A DNA stretch of 64,000 nucleotides from Protoeuglena noctilucae (lineage: Eukaryota). A program made the translations under genes and the position numbers. The number at the start of each line of letters is the position of its first letter. Position 1 is the first letter of the stretch. The stretch covers positions 930,001 to 994,000 of the forward strand of contig OY253668.1 in NCBI GenBank assembly GCA_958009085.1, in the 5' to 3' direction. The notes beneath the pieces were generated by a model. It did no database searches. It worked only from the letters and a program-made list of their open reading frames with translations, and was not told the DNA's origin. Of this stretch, positions 60,344 to 64,000 are shown one piece after another.

Positions 60344-62789
60344 TCAGCCCCACCGCGCTCGCTTCCCGACGGCCGTGGCGCTCTGGATGTGCTCGGCGCC
60401 CGCCCTGCCCCGTGGCCGTCCTGGCTGCTCTGGCCGCTGCGGCGAAGGACGCAGCGCCGCCTCGCTCGCTGCTGCCGCGTCCCCACCGCCGTTTTGTTTG
60501 CAGCAAGCCCAGGCCCTCACCTCTTCGTCCTGCGACCCCAGGGCCTGCCGCGGGCGCGCCGCGGGTCCCTCGGCCGCGGGGGGCGTCGTGGGCGCCAGTC
60601 GCGCCTCGGACAGCACCGCCGCCAGCACCTGGTACGACCCGGACCGCATGAACGCCGAGCGGTGGCGGAGGGGGGCCTGGGGTGGAGAGGGGGGGGCTGG
60701 GAGGGATCGGCGCGCAGGGAGGGCCGAAGGTCAGCCCACTCCTTCTCACTTCCTGCCGATGAGGAGGGCTGTTGCTTCCCACCCATGCGTATCCCCTACC
60801 CTCTCTTGCACAGCAGCGGCCCGCTCCCGCCCTCGCCTTGAAAGGGCTCGCGCGCAGGGTGGCCACGACCACTGACACATTGTCCGTGGTCCCCCGGGCG
60901 CAGGCCTCCAGGGCCAGGTGCCGGGCGCATGCCTCCGGGTCCCAGCTGCTGCGCAGGAATATCTTGGCCTGCTCCACGGCCCTGCGGCTGTCCATCACGT
61001 CCCACAGGCCGTCGCACGCCAGGATGAGGAAGTCGTTCTCCGCCTGCAGCGCCACGCTCGACACCTCGGGGCGGCCCAGGATCATGCCCTCCTGCTTCTC
61101 CACCATGTGCCAGTCCCTGGGGGTGGGGGAGGGGTCGGGGCGTGTCGGCGCGGCGCTGCAGCGAGCGGTGGGCGCGCGAGCCAGTGCAACACAGGCGCCA
61201 GGTCGCTCACCCCAAGGCGCGGCTGACCCCGATGTGCGAGTTCAGGAACCCCTCGGAGCTGACGTGCCCGCCCAGCCGCTCGATGCGTGCGCGCTCCGAG
61301 GCCTGCACTGGCTTGTGGTCCACTGCGGTGCGGGGGAAGGGCCGGGGTTCGCAGACTGCCTCGCGTCTGCCTTGCAACGAAGTCACCAGACGCGACGCGG
61401 CATGCCACAGATCGGAGCTACCATTGGTCGCCCTGCCCCACGCCGCGACGGCCGAGCGAAGCGGCTCACCCGTCAGCGGCACGGCGCGCCCCCTGCGCGA
61501 GAGCACGGCGCGGCAGTCCCCGCAGTTGGCCAGCCACAGCGTCGAGCCCCACACCACGCACGCCAACCCCGTCGTCCCCGCCACCGCCTCGTCCGGCTCC
61601 CCCCGCGACGCCTCCCGCAGCTCCTCGTCCGTGCGCTCAAATGCGCCCCGCAGCGCCCCACCCATGTCCGCGGGGAAGTGCGGGCTGCGCACCAGGTGCC
61701 CCGCCAGCGCGTCGGCCGCGTACCTCGCCGCGCCGTCGCCGTTGTGGCCGTCAAACACGGCCGCAAAGCACCGGGGGGGCGCCCGCTCGCCCCCTGCCTG
61801 GCTCGCCGCCCCGCTGCCCTCCGCGCCCGCCCCGTCGTCGCTCAGCGGGCCCTGACTCAACATCGACGTCGACACGTCCGCGTCCGGCCCCAACTCGCCC
61901 GCCCCATCCGCCCCCGCCCTCGCTTCCGAAAAAGGCACGGCCCACGAGGCGGGCACCGGGGCCCTGACGGGCAGCAGCGCCGCCAGGTCCGACAAAAGAC
62001 ACGTGGCGTCCTCCATGGTCGGCCTGCCGCCCACCTCGGCCCAGAAGCCCAGCCTCACGTAAGGCTGCAGGAAGAGAGGCGCAGTTTTAGGGGAAGGTCT
62101 GTGCAAGCTGAGGATCGACCACCGCCCTTCCCGGGACCACTAGACCCAAGGCATGCCTCGCTGCATCCCCAGCAGCCCCTCACCATGTAGTCGGCCCCGT
62201 CGCCGTCGCGGTGCATCGTCGTCAAGTCCACCACCGACGCTTGCGGGGTCAAGTCGACCGACGTGTCGAGGCCCCCCTCGCTCGCCAGGTCCGCCGCGCT
62301 GTCCTCCGCCCGTATTCGCCCCACGTGCGCCGAGGCAGCGCTGTCACGCCGGCTGTGGCCCACGCTGGGAACCGCGCTCGCCCGATGCGACGCGCCCTCC
62401 CCCGGCGTGCCGGGCACCGACTCGCCGCCCGGCGCCCCACGCGGCGTGCCCCGCGGCGGGAGGCCGGGCGAGTCCACGTCCGCGCTGTCAGTAAAGCGGA
62501 GGGACATGCGCGGGTGCACGCCGCCCTCAAAGGCCGCTAGGTCCTGGAGGTGCGGGGGCCGGTAGGGACGGACCCCGCCCGCCCGCGACGCCTCGCTCGA
62601 GGTGCTCGGCGCGGCCGCGCCACCCACGCGGGCCGGCTCGCGGGCCGGCGCGGCCCCAAAGCCATCGCGTGGCAGCAAAGGGCCCGCCTCCGCGCCGGAG
62701 CCCGAAGACGAGCGCACGCTCGGGGTCTCCAGGCGCGAGACAGTCTCGTCTCCGCGGATGCGGTCTATAGGCGCCGAGACCGATCCCAT
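60344..62789 (-). CDS. Protein phosphatase 2C (PPM family) with disordered N-terminal extension (start uncertain)
   Basis: GGRPTMED, VFDGHNG, GTT, ANCGDCRAVL, DHKP, VSRALG|D, LILACDGLWDVM and DNVSVVV motifs are spread over spliced exons. Confidence 0.95.
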
Positions 62790-64000
62790 GCGTGCCTCGG
62801 AGAGACGCCACGCGTGCCGCGAAAGTCGGTCGTCTCGTGCGGCGCACGCTGGCCGAAAAGGCTGTCCTGCGCCACCGCGCTGCTGCTCTAATTTGTATCC
62901 TTCCAACCCGCGGCGCGTTGCTCGAATGCAGCACGTCACTCCCTCGCGCCGGATGCGCTCAGCCAGCGATCACAGCCTACTGCGAGGGGGACGGGTGGGT
63001 TGCTCGCCAACACCACACGGTGCGCATGAAGAATAGTAGCGCCCGGGCGCAGGAGTGTGCGGGGCCGAAGCAGGGCGTGGAACGCGCAACACGTGCGATG
63101 AGTGCCGCAAGCTGTGCCACATGCCCCCACGAGGCTATAGACGGGGTCCCCCACCCTTACCCACAGTCCCACTTACCTGATGCACGTAGCCCTTCATGGA
63201 GAACGCGCTATGGCAGTCGCCCAGACCGCCATGGGGCCCGGCAAGCGTGGGCAGGCTGACGTGACAGCTGGCTGAGGCGGGAGCCCCGCCGCCCCTCCGG
63301 ACCAGATGAGGGGAGCTAGCTGACGACAGCGGAGGCTTACAAGAAGCACGGGAAGTCCCACAAGCTTGAACCACGAGCTGGTTTTTGACTCCGGGCCTCT
63401 GAGGCGCGCGGAAGCCAGGCGAGAGTCGCGCGGGCCGTCTTCCGTTCTCCAACCACACGGGACCAGAGAAACGACTCCAGCGCGGCGTGCGTGCGTGCAG
63501 CCGAGTCTGACGAGGCCCAGAAAGACGGTCTTTGTTTGATTGCTGTGCACTACTGTTCGAATCGTCGCATATGAACACGGGAACGGCCAACTAAGGCAAC
63601 TTGCGGCGCTTCTCGGTTCCTGCAAGTGCGAGTCAGGCGTCGGACTTGCTAATCGGCTTGGTCTTTGGCAGTGATTTCTGTGCGATTACGGGACGATAAC
63701 GCGGCGTCGTTGCGGGGGCTTATGCTTGGCTGCAGCGGCCCACGTGTGGGTGCGGAGGGGTCGGATTTCCATGGCTCTGGCGTCGGCAGTCCCGGCGCCC
63801 CCTGCGGCCCGATCGGCCCTGGCGGCCTCGATCGCGTGCCCTCCCTCTGCATGCGTCTGCCCGCTGCACCTGCGGAGACCTTTCGTGCCGGCTAGGGTCC
63901 GCGATTCGCAATCGTCGCATGGGCCTTTGCGTGGCTTGTCAAGGCTAGGGGTGGGGCGGATCCCGCGAGCAACTACGGTGACGGACGCCCTGTATGTCGA

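Noticed and set aside
62940..64000. Coding region at the right end of the window
   Set aside because: Only short ORFs without motifs. It may be PP2C 5' UTR/promoter or part of a gene outside the window.

Overview
This is eukaryotic nuclear DNA: very GC-rich, gene-dense, with many short spliceosomal introns. It most likely comes from a flagellated green alga. That is an inference from plastid-type genes (CDB1/At4g37920-like, TadA), ciliary genes (CFAP221, OSCP1) and one TGTAA poly(A)-like signal. I hand-built about 18 gene models, most arranged as divergent pairs. In order they are: a KGG/LEA-1 repeat protein, a Ser/Thr kinase, Cdt1, a CDCA7-like zf-4CXXC_R1 protein, a DUF389 membrane protein, TadA, a UBA-domain protein, an AI-2E transporter, a large NLR-like gene, OSCP1, a kinase-WD40 gene, SDHAF2, a CDB1-like gene, a striatin-N-domain protein, an HA-repeat protein, CFAP221, Elongin B and a PP2C. 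I saw no rRNA, tRNA, CRISPR array or recognisable transposon. The most interesting region is 20.7-34.5 kb. It holds an N-acylation-motif/SAM-like/MLKL-like four-helix-bundle/NACHT/WD40 receptor, interrupted in this sequence by an in-frame TAG and an apparent frameshift. That gene is divergent from a non-RD kinase fused to 14 WD40 repeats, several of them on symmetric one- or two-repeat exons. Together they form a candidate algal innate-immune/cell-death module. Exon boundaries and domain calls come from reading the sequence by eye and from remembered family motifs. No database search was run.
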